From NCBI GenBank assembly GCA_029858565.1, contig JAOUEV010000002.1, positions 102,428 through 166,427 on the forward strand: DNA of 64,000 nt, written 5' to 3'. This document shows positions 47,040 to 57,338 of this stretch, piece after piece; the stretch's first letter is position 1, and every line of letters starts with the position of its first letter. Source of the stretch: Nitrospirota bacterium (GTDB lineage: Bacteria; Nitrospirota; UBA9217). The notes under the pieces are model-generated. The model did no database searches, was not told the DNA's origin, and worked only from the letters and a program-made list of their open reading frames with translations. The position numbers were made by a program, and so were the translations under genes.

Positions 47040-49016
47040 ATGCAAGGAACGAATAAGGGCCGCTACCTGCGTAGCCACCCGACCGTGGGCGTTATAGTCC
47101 TTTACGCGGTGGTCGGCTTCATCCTGTATTTTCAGGTGATCAGTGAGGCGGGGTTCGTGTTCGATGATCTCGAGTATATTGTCGACAACCCGATCCTGTT
47201 CGATCTACCGTCGTTGCTCAGGAACTTCAGCGATCCCCGGCAGATCGGCTATCTGTCCTTTGCCATCAACTATCTGGTCGGCGGGACGGATCCGCTGGGG
47301 TACCACCTGGTCAATGTGGTGATCCATATTGCGAACGCCGTGCTCGTGTTCTTTCTGGTGAGCAGGCTGCTGGCCTTGGCGGGATGGAGCCGGGAGCAGC
47401 TCGGCTCCAGGACCCTGTTCACGCTCCCTGCGGCTGCGGGGCTGCTCTTTCTCGTCCATCCGCTCCAGACCCAGGCCGTGTCCTATGTGACCCAGCGCTT
47501 CACGTCGCTGGCCGTGCTCTTCTATCTCCTTTCCGTCGTGCTGTACCTGGAGGCGCGAGCGAGGATGGACGGATCAGGCCAACGGACCCGGGGCATGACG
47601 CTGTACTGGCTGGCGGTCCTGAGCGCCCTGCTGGCCATGAAGGTCAAGGAGATATCCTTCACCCTTCCGCTCGTGATCCTGGCCGTAGAGATCCTCCTGA
47701 TCGGCGGATACCCGGTGCGGGCGAAGTCGATCTATCTCGTCGTCCCGTTCCTGGCGACCATGGTCATCATTCCACTTTCGATCATCGGACCGGAATGGGG
47801 GTTGATCGAACGGAGCGTCGGGGTGGCGGAATCGACCCGCGCGCTCAAGATCATCGATCTGACCACGCGCTCTCCGCTCGAGTATTTCGCCACCCAGATG
47901 CGGGTGCTGGTCATCTACCTTCGGCTGCTATTCCTTCCCTATTCACAGAGCGTGGTGTACGAGATCACGGCATCGAGAAGCCTCTGGGAGCCGAAGGTCC
48001 TGCTCTCGCTCTTCCTGCACCTCAGCCTGTGTGCGGGCGCGGTGGTCCTCTGGTTCCGGTCGAGTCGCGAAGGGATTTCACGGGCTCCTTTGCTGCGGCT
48101 TGCGGCGCTCGGGATCGGCTGGTTCTATGTGACCGCGTCAGTCGAGTCCTCGGTGATCCCCATCAAGGACCTGATCTTCGAGCATCGCGCCTACCTTCCC
48201 GGCGTCGGGATCCTGATGGCGGTGTGTTCGGCCGCGCTGCTCCTTGCCGGCACGGGTGATGAACGCCGGCTGGCCGCCCGCTTCCCCATCGCCGTGCTGG
48301 CGGTCGTGGTGGTGTTTGGCGGCGCCACGATCGCCAGGAACAAGGTGTGGCTCAACGAACTCGTCCTGTGGGACGATGTCATCGTAAAAGCCCCCAACAA
48401 GGCGATCGGCTACAATAACCGGGGTAATGCGCTGAAAGGTCTCGGACGGCTAGAGGAGGCGATCCAGGACATCAACACCACGATCCGCATCGTTGAAAAG
48501 ACCATCGGCCGTCCGCTCGCCTGGGAAGAGGCGGATTACACGCAGGAGAACCTGGCGAAAACCTACCTTGGCAGGGCGGAGATCCATCGGGCGCTGGGGG
48601 ATTACGAACAGGCCGATGCCGACATGCGCACCGCGAAGTTCATGATGATGAGCACGACGCCGATCCCGCTCGAGCAGGAGCGCGCGCGGGCCGCTTCGCT
48701 CTTTGAGCAAGGGGCCTATGCGGAGGCGGTGCAGGTCTACTCCACCATCCTGGCGTGGTTCCCTGATGACCTCGACGCCATCATCGGCAGGGCGAATGCT
48801 TTCGCCGGACGGGGGACGTACGACAACGCCCTGCATGATCTCGATGCAGCTGTCCGGCGCCATCCGGGCTCGCCCGTGCCGCTCTACTATCGAGGGATCA
48901 CGTACCTGCGCATGGGGAAGCGGGAAGCAGCGGCAGCGGACCTGGAGCGTTCGTGTACCATGGGCTATCCGCCTGCCTGCGAAGGCAGGGCCACCATCCG
49001 GCAGGGAGAGCGGTGA
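47040..49016 (+). CDS. TMTC-like GT-C protein: DUF1736-type membrane domain + TPR repeats (paralogue 2)
   Basis: AGFVFDDLEYIVDNPIL...IGYLSFAINYLVGG...GYHLVNVVIHIANAVLVF, colinear with paralogue 1. TPR repeats at the C-terminus. Confidence 0.7.
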   Translation: MQGTNKGRYLRSHPTVGVIVLYAVVGFILYFQVISEAGFVFDDLEYIVDNPILFDLPSLLRNFSDPRQIGYLSFAINYLVGGTDPLGYHLVNVVIHIANAVLVFFLVSRLLALAGWSREQLGSRTLFTLPAAAGLLFLVHPLQTQAVSYVTQRFTSLAVLFYLLSVVLYLEARARMDGSGQRTRGMTLYWLAVLSALLAMKVKEISFTLPLVILAVEILLIGGYPVRAKSIYLVVPFLATMVIIPLSIIGPEWGLIERSVGVAESTRALKIIDLTTRSPLEYFATQMRVLVIYLRLLFLPYSQSVVYEITASRSLWEPKVLLSLFLHLSLCAGAVVLWFRSSREGISRAPLLRLAALGIGWFYVTASVESSVIPIKDLIFEHRAYLPGVGILMAVCSAALLLAGTGDERRLAARFPIAVLAVVVVFGGATIARNKVWLNELVLWDDVIVKAPNKAIGYNNRGNALKGLGRLEEAIQDINTTIRIVEKTIGRPLAWEEADYTQENLAKTYLGRAEIHRALGDYEQADADMRTAKFMMMSTTPIPLEQERARAASLFEQGAYAEAVQVYSTILAWFPDDLDAIIGRANAFAGRGTYDNALHDLDAAVRRHPGSPVPLYYRGITYLRMGKREAAAADLERSCTMGYPPACEGRATIRQGER

Positions 49017-49077
49017 GCGGATTATAAGATCGCGCGCCTGCGCCGGCGGTCCTGACCGGCCAGGGAGGAGGAACAGT

Positions 49078-50007
49078 ATGGCAAAGGTCCTTATTATCAA
49101 GCTTGGCTACTCCGAGACCATTGATCCCGAGATCAGCAGGACATCCAGCCTCGGCGATGTTCTGCGGACCACGGTGATCCTCTATCCCTTCAAGGACAAC
49201 CATGTCACCTGGCTCGTGGACCAGGCTGCCTATCCGCTGCTCGAGGGCAATCCCTTCATTAAGCGCATACTGGTCTTCGATCTGGCCACGGTCCTGCAAC
49301 TCCAGCGGGAGAAGTTCGATACGGTGATCAACCTGGAGAAAGTGCCGGGTGTGTGCGCGTTGGCTGATTCGATCTCGGCCTGGAGGCGGTATGGCTTCCG
49401 GTTCGATGAGCTCAAGGGCGAGGCGGAGGCTTACGACCGCTGCGAATATATCTTCGACCTCTGCAAGGACTCGGAGCTCAAGAAGGCTCATAAAGGGAGT
49501 TGGCAGCAGATGCTGCTGGAGGTCGTGGGCGCGAAGTGGGATGGCCAGGAATACGTGCTCGGCTACAAGCCGAAGACGCAGGAAACCTATGATGTGGGGC
49601 TGAACTGGGCGGTCGGGTCCAAGTGGCCGAACAAGGCCTGGCCCAAGGAGAACTGGGAAGCGCTCAAGAAGCTCATGGAGGGGAAGTATTCCTACTCCAT
49701 GCAGCAAGGGCTTGACAGCCTGCACAAGTATATGGACTGGATCAACTCCTGCCGCCTGCTCGTGACCAATGACAGTCTCGGGCTCCATATCGCCCTTGCG
49801 CTCAGGAAAAAAGTGGTGGTTCTGTACGGTCCCACGAATCCGAACGAGACCTACTTCTATGGACGGGGAGAGGTCCTATATCCTTCCGTTGACTATGACT
49901 GCGTTCCCTGTCTTGCTCCGGAGTGCACCCAACCACAGGTCTGCATGCAGTTCATCCGGCCTGAAGATGTCATACAACGGATAGATCTGCTGCTGAAAGT
50001 GAAATGA
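49078..50007 (+). CDS. glycosyltransferase family 9 (heptosyltransferase-like)
   Basis: Start at MAKVLIIKLGYSETI with GGAGGAGG upstream (Met126 of the listed ORF 48703..50007). C-terminal GT9 signature LLVTNDSLGLHIALALRKKVVVLYGPTNP. Confidence 0.8.
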   Translation: MAKVLIIKLGYSETIDPEISRTSSLGDVLRTTVILYPFKDNHVTWLVDQAAYPLLEGNPFIKRILVFDLATVLQLQREKFDTVINLEKVPGVCALADSISAWRRYGFRFDELKGEAEAYDRCEYIFDLCKDSELKKAHKGSWQQMLLEVVGAKWDGQEYVLGYKPKTQETYDVGLNWAVGSKWPNKAWPKENWEALKKLMEGKYSYSMQQGLDSLHKYMDWINSCRLLVTNDSLGLHIALALRKKVVVLYGPTNPNETYFYGRGEVLYPSVDYDCVPCLAPECTQPQVCMQFIRPEDVIQRIDLLLKVK

Positions 50008-51983
50008 TGCAGGATACCGACCATTCATCCCCGGCGGAGGGGAGGGCGTATCTGGGCGACACGAGGAGGATGAGTCCGCTTATCCGGTACAGCGGGTTCA
50101 TCGCTCCGCTACTGATACTGGCAGCGGTCTTCCTGGTATACTCAAATACGCTGCACGGACAGTTTCTCCTTGATGAACGGGTCTATCTCCTGGAGAACCC
50201 CTTCGTGACTGAGGCGGATGCCACCTTGCGAAGCCTGCCGCCGGGAGGGGAACTGTACAAGTCGGTCGTTCAGCGATATATCGGCTATCTTACTTTCACG
50301 CTCAACCATCGCCTCCATGGGTTTCAGGTCGAAGGGTATCACATCGTCAACGTGACGATCCACTTTCTCAACAGTCTCCTTGTCTATTTTGTCGTACTTT
50401 TGACCTTTCGCGCCCCCCGGCTTGCAGATTCTGCCCTGCACGGTCACGCGGGCATAACGGCATTCATGACCGCGATGCTCTTTGCCGTGCATCCGGTGCA
50501 TACCGAGGCAGTCACGTACGTCATGCAGCGGTTTGCCTCACTTGCAGCGTTCTTTTCGCTCGTGGCACTGCTCTGCTACATTCAGTGGCGGCTTGCGGGA
50601 GGAGACGGGGGCCGGGATCAACGGCGCATATGGTGGTACGCAGGCTCCCTACTGTCATGCGTTCTCGCCATGAAGACGAAGGAGAACACGCTGCTCTTGC
50701 CGATCGCTATCGTACTCTATGAGGCGATCATTTTCCGGGGCGATGCGAGACGACGGGTGATAGGCCTGCTGCCGATATTGACGACGATGCTGATCATCCC
50801 CCTGACGGCAGTCTTCCTCGCGCGGGACGGCGCAGGGATGCCTATCTCAGAGATGGCGGCCGGCGGATCCGCAACGGTTCCCTGGCGGACCTATCTGATC
50901 ACACAGGTCCGGGCTCTCATTACCTACTATCGGCTTCTCATCGCGCCGGTACGCCAGAATTTTCTCTATAACTATCCGATCTACGATTCGTTCGGTCATC
51001 CTGAGGTCGTTCTCTCGGCGATCCTTCACGCCTGTGTGATTTCGGGAGGGGTCTTCATTCTTGCCAGGCCGCACCGCTTCGATCCGGCACTGAGGACCAT
51101 CTCCTTCGGGATCTTCTGGTTCTATTTGATGCTCTTTGTGGAATCAGGTATGATCCCGCTTCCGATCATGCTCTGCGAATATCGGCTCTACTTACCGTCG
51201 GTCGGTTTCTTCCTTGCTACAATGACCGCTGTCCAACTCGTATTCGTGAAGGTCCGCTCGCGGAGCGTGCTGCTGGCGGGGGCGGTCGTTATTCTCGTCC
51301 TGCTGCTGGCAGCGGCTGCTGTCGCGTATCGCCGGAATGCATTGCTGAGCGACCATGTCGCGCTCTGGGAGGATACCGTCCGGAAGAGCCCGAATAGTGC
51401 GAAAGCGCACACGAATCTTGGAACAATGTATCTAGAACAGGACCGCCTCGACGAGGCATTGGATCAGTTCCAGACTGTCTTGCGCATTGATCCCGGCGGG
51501 TATCGCAGCCGTCGGAACATTATCATCACCTATGTCCGTCAGGGCAGGTTCGAAGACGCGGCTGACGAGTTCAGAAAGACCCTCAGTGACGGTGTGGACG
51601 CAGTCCAGGCGCACAAGCGCCTGGGCGACCTCTACATGGAGAACGGCGCTATCAAACAGGCGAGCGAGGAATATCAGATTGCGCTCCGCCAGGAGCCGAA
51701 CAACATTGAGATCCGCTATGATCTCGGCAACGCCTTCGCCCAGCTTGGGAGCCGAGAGGGAGCGATAGCCGCATACCAGGAAGTGATCAGGCAGGTGCCC
51801 GGCCATAGCGAGGCACGGAACAATCTTGCCGGTGTATATGCGCAGCTTGGGCGCTATGATGATGCCCTTCGTGAGCTTCAACACGTGCTGGACCGAAATC
51901 CCAAGGATGAGAACACACGGTACAACGTCAAGATAGTTCTGGAACAACTCGAGCAGGATCGCGGTCACGCAACCGATCGATGA
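50004..51983 (+). CDS. TMTC-like GT-C protein: DUF1736-type membrane domain + TPR repeats (paralogue 3)
   Basis: HGQFLLDERVYLLENPFV...IGYLTFTLNHRLHG...GYHIVNVTIHFLNSLLVYF. TPR repeats (AKAHTNLGTMYLEQDRLDEALDQFQTVLRIDP). Start overlaps the GT9 stop (ATGA). Confidence 0.7.
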   Translation: MMQDTDHSSPAEGRAYLGDTRRMSPLIRYSGFIAPLLILAAVFLVYSNTLHGQFLLDERVYLLENPFVTEADATLRSLPPGGELYKSVVQRYIGYLTFTLNHRLHGFQVEGYHIVNVTIHFLNSLLVYFVVLLTFRAPRLADSALHGHAGITAFMTAMLFAVHPVHTEAVTYVMQRFASLAAFFSLVALLCYIQWRLAGGDGGRDQRRIWWYAGSLLSCVLAMKTKENTLLLPIAIVLYEAIIFRGDARRRVIGLLPILTTMLIIPLTAVFLARDGAGMPISEMAAGGSATVPWRTYLITQVRALITYYRLLIAPVRQNFLYNYPIYDSFGHPEVVLSAILHACVISGGVFILARPHRFDPALRTISFGIFWFYLMLFVESGMIPLPIMLCEYRLYLPSVGFFLATMTAVQLVFVKVRSRSVLLAGAVVILVLLLAAAAVAYRRNALLSDHVALWEDTVRKSPNSAKAHTNLGTMYLEQDRLDEALDQFQTVLRIDPGGYRSRRNIIITYVRQGRFEDAADEFRKTLSDGVDAVQAHKRLGDLYMENGAIKQASEEYQIALRQEPNNIEIRYDLGNAFAQLGSREGAIAAYQEVIRQVPGHSEARNNLAGVYAQLGRYDDALRELQHVLDRNPKDENTRYNVKIVLEQLEQDRGHATDR

Positions 51984-51993
51984 TGACAACAGC

Positions 51994-53376
51994 ATGAACA
52001 TCGCGCTAATCATCCCGCCTTCGCCGGGCAGGACAAACATCATCAGGATGATCGACTGCAGCCATGAGGCGAAGGCGAACTATCTCTGGCAGCCGAATGA
52101 CTTCATGATCATCACCTCCCGGGCCGAGCCCGATGACGACGTGCAGTTCGTCGACGGCACGGCTGATGCGCTGGATAACGACCAGTTCCTGGAACTGATC
52201 GATGCTGTCCGGGGGGATCTTGTGATCATCGCGCTCTCCAGCGTGTGCTGGGAGTCCGACTACGCCTATTTTCTGAAGGTCAAAGAGCGGTTCGCGGCGA
52301 TACCACTCTATGTGCTGGGCGACATCTTCCTTGAGGAGGCTTATCGTCGACACATCCTCGAACACTGTGACGGGATCATTGTCAATCCTTACGTGCTGGA
52401 CCTGCGGTCCCTCGCGACGCAGCGAAAGGACAGGACCGGGAGACTTTCGGGAGTCTGTATCACGGCCGATGGCCCGTTGTTTCCCGAAGGCAAGCGGGCG
52501 GTTGCCGTTACTAGCAGCCCCCCGCGTCACGAGCTGTTCCAGAAGACCGGCTACCGATTTCCTTTCGCAATGCATGTCCGCTTCACGACGGTTACCACCA
52601 TGTGGGGCTGCCCCTTCACCTGCACATACTGCTCGGACTCGAAATTCCCCCCTATCCTACGGTCCTACGAGGATGTTCTACGCGAGCTCGTCCATGTCGC
52701 GAATCTCGGCATCCGAGAGATTTTCTTCGCGGACAAGGTCTTCGGATTCAACCGGAAGAGCATTGATCCGTTGCTCGCGACAATGCGCGAGCGGTTTTCC
52801 TTCTCCTGGAGCTGTTATTTCCATCCGCAGCTCTGTGATCGGAACCTCCTCCAGGACATGAAGGCGGCCGGCTGCCACACGATTATCATCGGCGTAGATT
52901 CGGCCGATGTCCGCTCGCTGAAACGATATCGCCGCTACACAGAGAGGGAGCAGGTCGAACGCGTCATAGCGGAAGCAAACGATCTGCGGATCGATGTTTG
53001 TGCGGACTTCATCCTAGGGCTGGAGCATGAAGACGAAGCGGACATCCTTCGCACGATCGAATATGCCCTTGAAATTCCAATCGATTTCGCATCGTTCAAT
53101 ATTGCCGCGCCACTGCCCGGGTCGGATATCAGGCGGTCGATGAATGAGGCGGGGGTCTTGAAGTTCGGCAGGGAAGGCTTCGATACCTGTGGACGGTCGG
53201 GGATCCTGGGCAACAGGAACATCACTGCGAGACGCCTGCGCGAACTGCGGAAAACTGCGTTCCGCCGTTTCTACCTGCGGCCATCCTATCTTCTGCGACG
53301 ACTTCGGCGGACGAGGTCGGTGGAACATCTGCTAATCCAGGTGCAGGAAATGATCTCGATGATCCGGAAGATCTGA
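51994..53376 (+). CDS. B12-binding (class B) radical SAM enzyme
   Basis: Radical SAM cluster MWGCPFTCTYCSDS. N-terminal B12-like domain (DLVIIALSSV). 460 aa. Confidence 0.8.
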   Translation: MNIALIIPPSPGRTNIIRMIDCSHEAKANYLWQPNDFMIITSRAEPDDDVQFVDGTADALDNDQFLELIDAVRGDLVIIALSSVCWESDYAYFLKVKERFAAIPLYVLGDIFLEEAYRRHILEHCDGIIVNPYVLDLRSLATQRKDRTGRLSGVCITADGPLFPEGKRAVAVTSSPPRHELFQKTGYRFPFAMHVRFTTVTTMWGCPFTCTYCSDSKFPPILRSYEDVLRELVHVANLGIREIFFADKVFGFNRKSIDPLLATMRERFSFSWSCYFHPQLCDRNLLQDMKAAGCHTIIIGVDSADVRSLKRYRRYTEREQVERVIAEANDLRIDVCADFILGLEHEDEADILRTIEYALEIPIDFASFNIAAPLPGSDIRRSMNEAGVLKFGREGFDTCGRSGILGNRNITARRLRELRKTAFRRFYLRPSYLLRRLRRTRSVEHLLIQVQEMISMIRKI

Positions 53377-53427
53377 CGACGGACAGCCGACTAGGATCCC
53401 CTACCGCTAGCCGACAGGAAGACAACG

Positions 53428-54906
53428 ATGAAGGATGAACGGACCGTACTGCTGATTAATCCCTGCTACGACAAAAGCGATATGCTGGGCCCCTTTGCAC
53501 GCTATATTTCTTCCCAGCTCCCGCTGTCGCTCGGACTGCTTGCCGGCTATTTGCTGGAAAGAGGGATTCCCGTTGAGATTGTTGACGAACAGTTGCGGCA
53601 GGCCGACGGCCAGCACTTGCGCGCTCTCCTTGATACGGGGGCAGTCCGCGTCGTCGGGATCTCGGTTCTCACCCTGACCTCAGCACGGGCATATGAGCTA
53701 GGAGCCCTGATCAAGCGTTTGTGGCCGCAGATAACCGTTGTCATGGGCGGTGTTCATGTCACGCTTCTGCCCGAAGAGCCCCTCGCCAGGGGGGCTGCAG
53801 ACATTGTGGTGAGAAATGAGGGCGAGGTCACCTTTTATGAGATCGTCAGCCGAATCCACGCTGGTAGCCCGTACGGCGATGTTGTGGGGGTCTCCTACGT
53901 GCGGGAAGGAAAGGTCGTTCATAATCCGGAGCGGACGCCCGTGGACGAGCTCGACAAGCTTCCTGTCTTCCCCTATCACCTTTTTGAGGAGAATAGTGCA
54001 CGATACCAATTTGGCAATATGCTGACATCACGCGGATGTCCCTACGAATGCATCTTTTGCTCCCAGCGGGCGATAAGCGGTCGCCGATACCGCGTTCAAT
54101 CTCCTGAGCGGACCTTTCGGGAGCTTGAGCGGCTTGTGTTCCACTATGGTCAGAGGTTCATTTTCATCAATGATGATAATTTCCTGGTACAACCGCAAAA
54201 GGTGCGTAGATTGTGCGAACTGATCATTCGACGGGGATTTCCTGACGATGTCAGGATCGGATTCAACGGGCGGGGCGATTCGCTGGACCCAGACCTGCTC
54301 CGGGACATGCGAGCAGCCCGTTTTTCTTTCATACTTATCGGTTTTGAGACCGGTTCCGAACGGCTGATGAGCATGGTAAAGAAGGGTGAGACGGTCAGCC
54401 AGATCGCTGAGGGGGTCAGGGTGGCAAAAGAGGCCGGCTTCACCGTAGGCGGACAGTTTATCCTTGGTTTTCCGACAGAGACGCGGCGCGAGTCTTTCCG
54501 GACCATTTGGCATGCACTTCGGCTCCCTATTGATTTCGTCCGGTTCAATCTCCTGGTGCCGTATCCAGGGACCGAGGTGCACGCTATGGTGCGTCGAGAA
54601 AAGGATCGCCTGGCACACGACTGGACCGGCTATGCGACCCATGGGGGGCTCACGGGAAAGGGCGCGCCCTATGTTCCGGAGGGACGGTCTGCGCGGGAGC
54701 TGGTGTCCCTTCAGTGGATCGGCCATCTGCTCTTCTACCTCCGTCCCCGCCAGCTCCTGAACATGGGGAACATGCGGTATGCCACGGGCGGGCAGGTAAT
54801 GGTGCCCGAGACCACCTCGCTGCGGGGTTGTCTTGAGTTTCTGGGATTTGCCTTCCAGTTGCTCATGTACCTGGTCGTAGGTGCGGTACGGAGCAAAAAG
54901 CGCTGA
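53428..54906 (+). CDS. B12-binding (class B) radical SAM enzyme
   Basis: Radical SAM cluster SRGCPYECIFCSQ. N-terminal B12-like domain (VRVVGISVLT). 492 aa. Confidence 0.85.
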   Translation: MKDERTVLLINPCYDKSDMLGPFARYISSQLPLSLGLLAGYLLERGIPVEIVDEQLRQADGQHLRALLDTGAVRVVGISVLTLTSARAYELGALIKRLWPQITVVMGGVHVTLLPEEPLARGAADIVVRNEGEVTFYEIVSRIHAGSPYGDVVGVSYVREGKVVHNPERTPVDELDKLPVFPYHLFEENSARYQFGNMLTSRGCPYECIFCSQRAISGRRYRVQSPERTFRELERLVFHYGQRFIFINDDNFLVQPQKVRRLCELIIRRGFPDDVRIGFNGRGDSLDPDLLRDMRAARFSFILIGFETGSERLMSMVKKGETVSQIAEGVRVAKEAGFTVGGQFILGFPTETRRESFRTIWHALRLPIDFVRFNLLVPYPGTEVHAMVRREKDRLAHDWTGYATHGGLTGKGAPYVPEGRSARELVSLQWIGHLLFYLRPRQLLNMGNMRYATGGQVMVPETTSLRGCLEFLGFAFQLLMYLVVGAVRSKKR

Positions 54907-55107
54907 GAAGATCCGGGCGGGGAAGAAACAGGAGGCATCCCTTGTGTCCGGCCGTGCCTCTCCTCGTAGCCGGCGACACACTCGGGGCCGGTCACGGGCG
55001 AGCTGCAAAGGCTTGAGCGGTGCGAGTACTGGTTGAGGCATTGAATGCAGCAAAATGCTAGTTGTGACATCGGCTGCTGATTCCTCCTCAAAGATCCCTG
55101 GAGAAAG

Positions 55108-56069
55108 ATGAACATGGATGTGACAACCTGGATCCGTCGCAATCCAAAGAAGTCCCTGGTGATCTCGCTGGCGCTGTTTTTCATCGGTCTTGATTTTACC
55201 CTGGAAAAGATCTATTTTCCCGTGGACCTGAACACTCGATCCGCCCGGATCCACCATGTTTTTTACCATCACGGACTGAAGGAGAACTGCCACTCCGAAG
55301 GATGGTGGGGACACGTCTATTACATCATCGAGACGAACTCCCTCGGCTTCAAGGACCGCAGGGTCCGTGATGTTCCGCTGCGAACAGCGGGACGGCGGAT
55401 CGTGTTCATGGGGGACTCCTTTACGGAAGGCCTTGGCATACCTGAGGACAAGACCTTTGTCGGGCTTGTGGAGGACCTGTTCGGAGGCAGGGGATATGAC
55501 ATCCTGAACGCCGGTGTGGTTTCCTCCTCTCCGATCGTGTATTACAACAAGACGAAGTACTATGTGGAAAAGAAAGGATTGCAGATCAACGACCTGTTCG
55601 TTTTCCTCGACATTTCCGATGTGCATGACGAATATATTTACCAGGAGAAGGAACACTTCGTTTCTCGTGAGGAAGAGGGGTTGTCCGAAAGGGTTATCGA
55701 TGCCGTGGACCAATTCCTGGTCGACAATTCCTTACTCTCACCATCGCGGTTTATCCCTGGACCAATCTGGTGGATCGGCGGGACCAGGAATCCATCCAGG
55801 TGACATTCTGGAGGGATTTCGCGAAGCGTAATAACATCGGATTTCTCAATTATTTCCCCTTGTTCATAAATAACACTCCCGCGCAGGTCATTAACGACCG
55901 GTATTGCATTAAGAACGACATTCACTGGAACGAGGCAGGCCATGCCTTGATCGCGGGCCAGCTTATCGACTTGATCCGGAACCGGGAGGGCGGGAACCGA
56001 AAATTACGTGCTGAGTATTTCCCACCCCGGGGATGGGGCTGGCAAAGAAAAGTTTCCTCCGGTAGATGA
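55108..56069 (+). pseudogene. SGNH/GDSL hydrolase interrupted by a frameshift near 55740
   Basis: ORF 55108..55803 carries block I IVFMGDSFTEG. ORF 55770..56069, in another frame, carries block V DIHWNEAGHALIA. Both frames read as plausible protein across the junction (..VDNSLLS | TIAVYPWTNLVD..), so this is a single-base indel, either genuine or an sequencing/assembly error. Confidence 0.5.
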
Positions 56070-56166
56070 TCTCCGATTTCACAATCCCTTCCGGTAGTGC
56101 GGCATTGGTGAGGCGCAAAAGATCCGCCTGCAAACCCAGCGAAATCCCAAACAGGAGAAAACCATA

Positions 56167-56195
56167 TTGACATACCTGTCATGTTATGGGAATAT
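56167..56195 (+). promoter_or_regulatory. sigma70-like promoter upstream of the radical SAM/SPASM gene
   Basis: TTGACA, a 17-nt spacer (tacctgtcatgttatgg), then GAATAT, ~30 nt upstream of the ATG at 56226. Lies in a locally AT-rich stretch. Confidence 0.35.
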
Positions 56196-56225
56196 GCATA
56201 ACAAATTGAATTTATAGGAATTTCA

Positions 56226-57296
56226 ATGTCTGATGAGTTTCGCATCGACAGCCATAAGCTTATCTTCCATCCGCGGCGGGTGGCGGAATGGTTGGCTGGC
56301 GATCAGATATATCCTCTGTACGCCGAGATATCCCCTTCCGGTGCCTGCAATCATCGTTGTACCTTCTGCGCTCTCGATTACATGGAATATAAGCCACGGT
56401 TCCTTGATACGGCCGTTCTGAAGGACCGCCTCACGGAAATGGGCCGTCTGGGGCTTAAAAGCGTCATGTATGGAGGAGAAGGAGAGCCCTTTCTGCACAA
56501 GGACATTGGTGAGATCATCGTTCATACGAAACGATCGGGTATCGATGTCGGGATAACCACGAACGGCGTGCTGCTGACCGAGAAGCTCTCGACCCGTATC
56601 CTTGGCAGCACGGCCTGGATCAAGGTCAGCCTGAACGCAGGATGCGCGGAAACCTACGCCAAGGTCCACCGGACCAAGCCTGATGATTTCGACCGGGTCT
56701 TCGAGAACCTCAAGATGGCCCTCAAGATCAAGCAGGAGTCCGGCGCCGGCTGCACCATCGGCGTGCAGACCCTGTTGCTTCCGGAGAATGCCCAGGAGGT
56801 CGAACAGCTTGCTGAGAAGGCAAAGGAGACCGGTCTCCGATACGTGGTCGTCAAACCCTATTCCCAGCATCATAAGAGCCGCACCCAGACCTATCGTGAT
56901 GTGGACTATGCACAATTCCATCACCTCAGGGATAAGCTTGCCCGGTTCCAGAGCAAGGACTTCAGCGTTATCTTCCGCGAACAGACCATGAAAAAGATGA
57001 AGCGCACGATGCGGGGGTATGAACGCTGTCTGGCGCTGCCTTTTTGGTCCTATATCGATTCGGGCGGCAATGTATGGGGTTGCAGCGCCTATCTTGGCGA
57101 TGACCGGTTCCGGTACGGGAACATTCACGAACAGACCTTTGAACAGATCTGGACCGGGCCGCTTCGCAAGGCGAACCTGAGCATGGTGGCCGAACAGCTC
57201 GATCCCGAAGCGTGTCGCATGAACTGCCGGATGGATGAGATCAATCTCTACCTCTGGGAACTTACCCATCCGAAGGACCATGTGAATTTCATATAA
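56226..57296 (+). CDS. radical SAM protein with C-terminal SPASM/twitch-like Cys-rich domain
   Basis: Cluster CNHRCTFC. C-terminal cysteines (CLALPFW...GCSAY...CRMNC) and GNIHEQTFEQIW typical of SPASM domains. Tail NLYLWELTHPKDHVNFI is shared with the paralogue at 60145. Confidence 0.7.
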   Translation: MSDEFRIDSHKLIFHPRRVAEWLAGDQIYPLYAEISPSGACNHRCTFCALDYMEYKPRFLDTAVLKDRLTEMGRLGLKSVMYGGEGEPFLHKDIGEIIVHTKRSGIDVGITTNGVLLTEKLSTRILGSTAWIKVSLNAGCAETYAKVHRTKPDDFDRVFENLKMALKIKQESGAGCTIGVQTLLLPENAQEVEQLAEKAKETGLRYVVVKPYSQHHKSRTQTYRDVDYAQFHHLRDKLARFQSKDFSVIFREQTMKKMKRTMRGYERCLALPFWSYIDSGGNVWGCSAYLGDDRFRYGNIHEQTFEQIWTGPLRKANLSMVAEQLDPEACRMNCRMDEINLYLWELTHPKDHVNFI

Positions 57297-57338
57297 ACAG
57301 TAGCCAGTAGCATGTAGCCAGTAGCCGGGAACATATCC

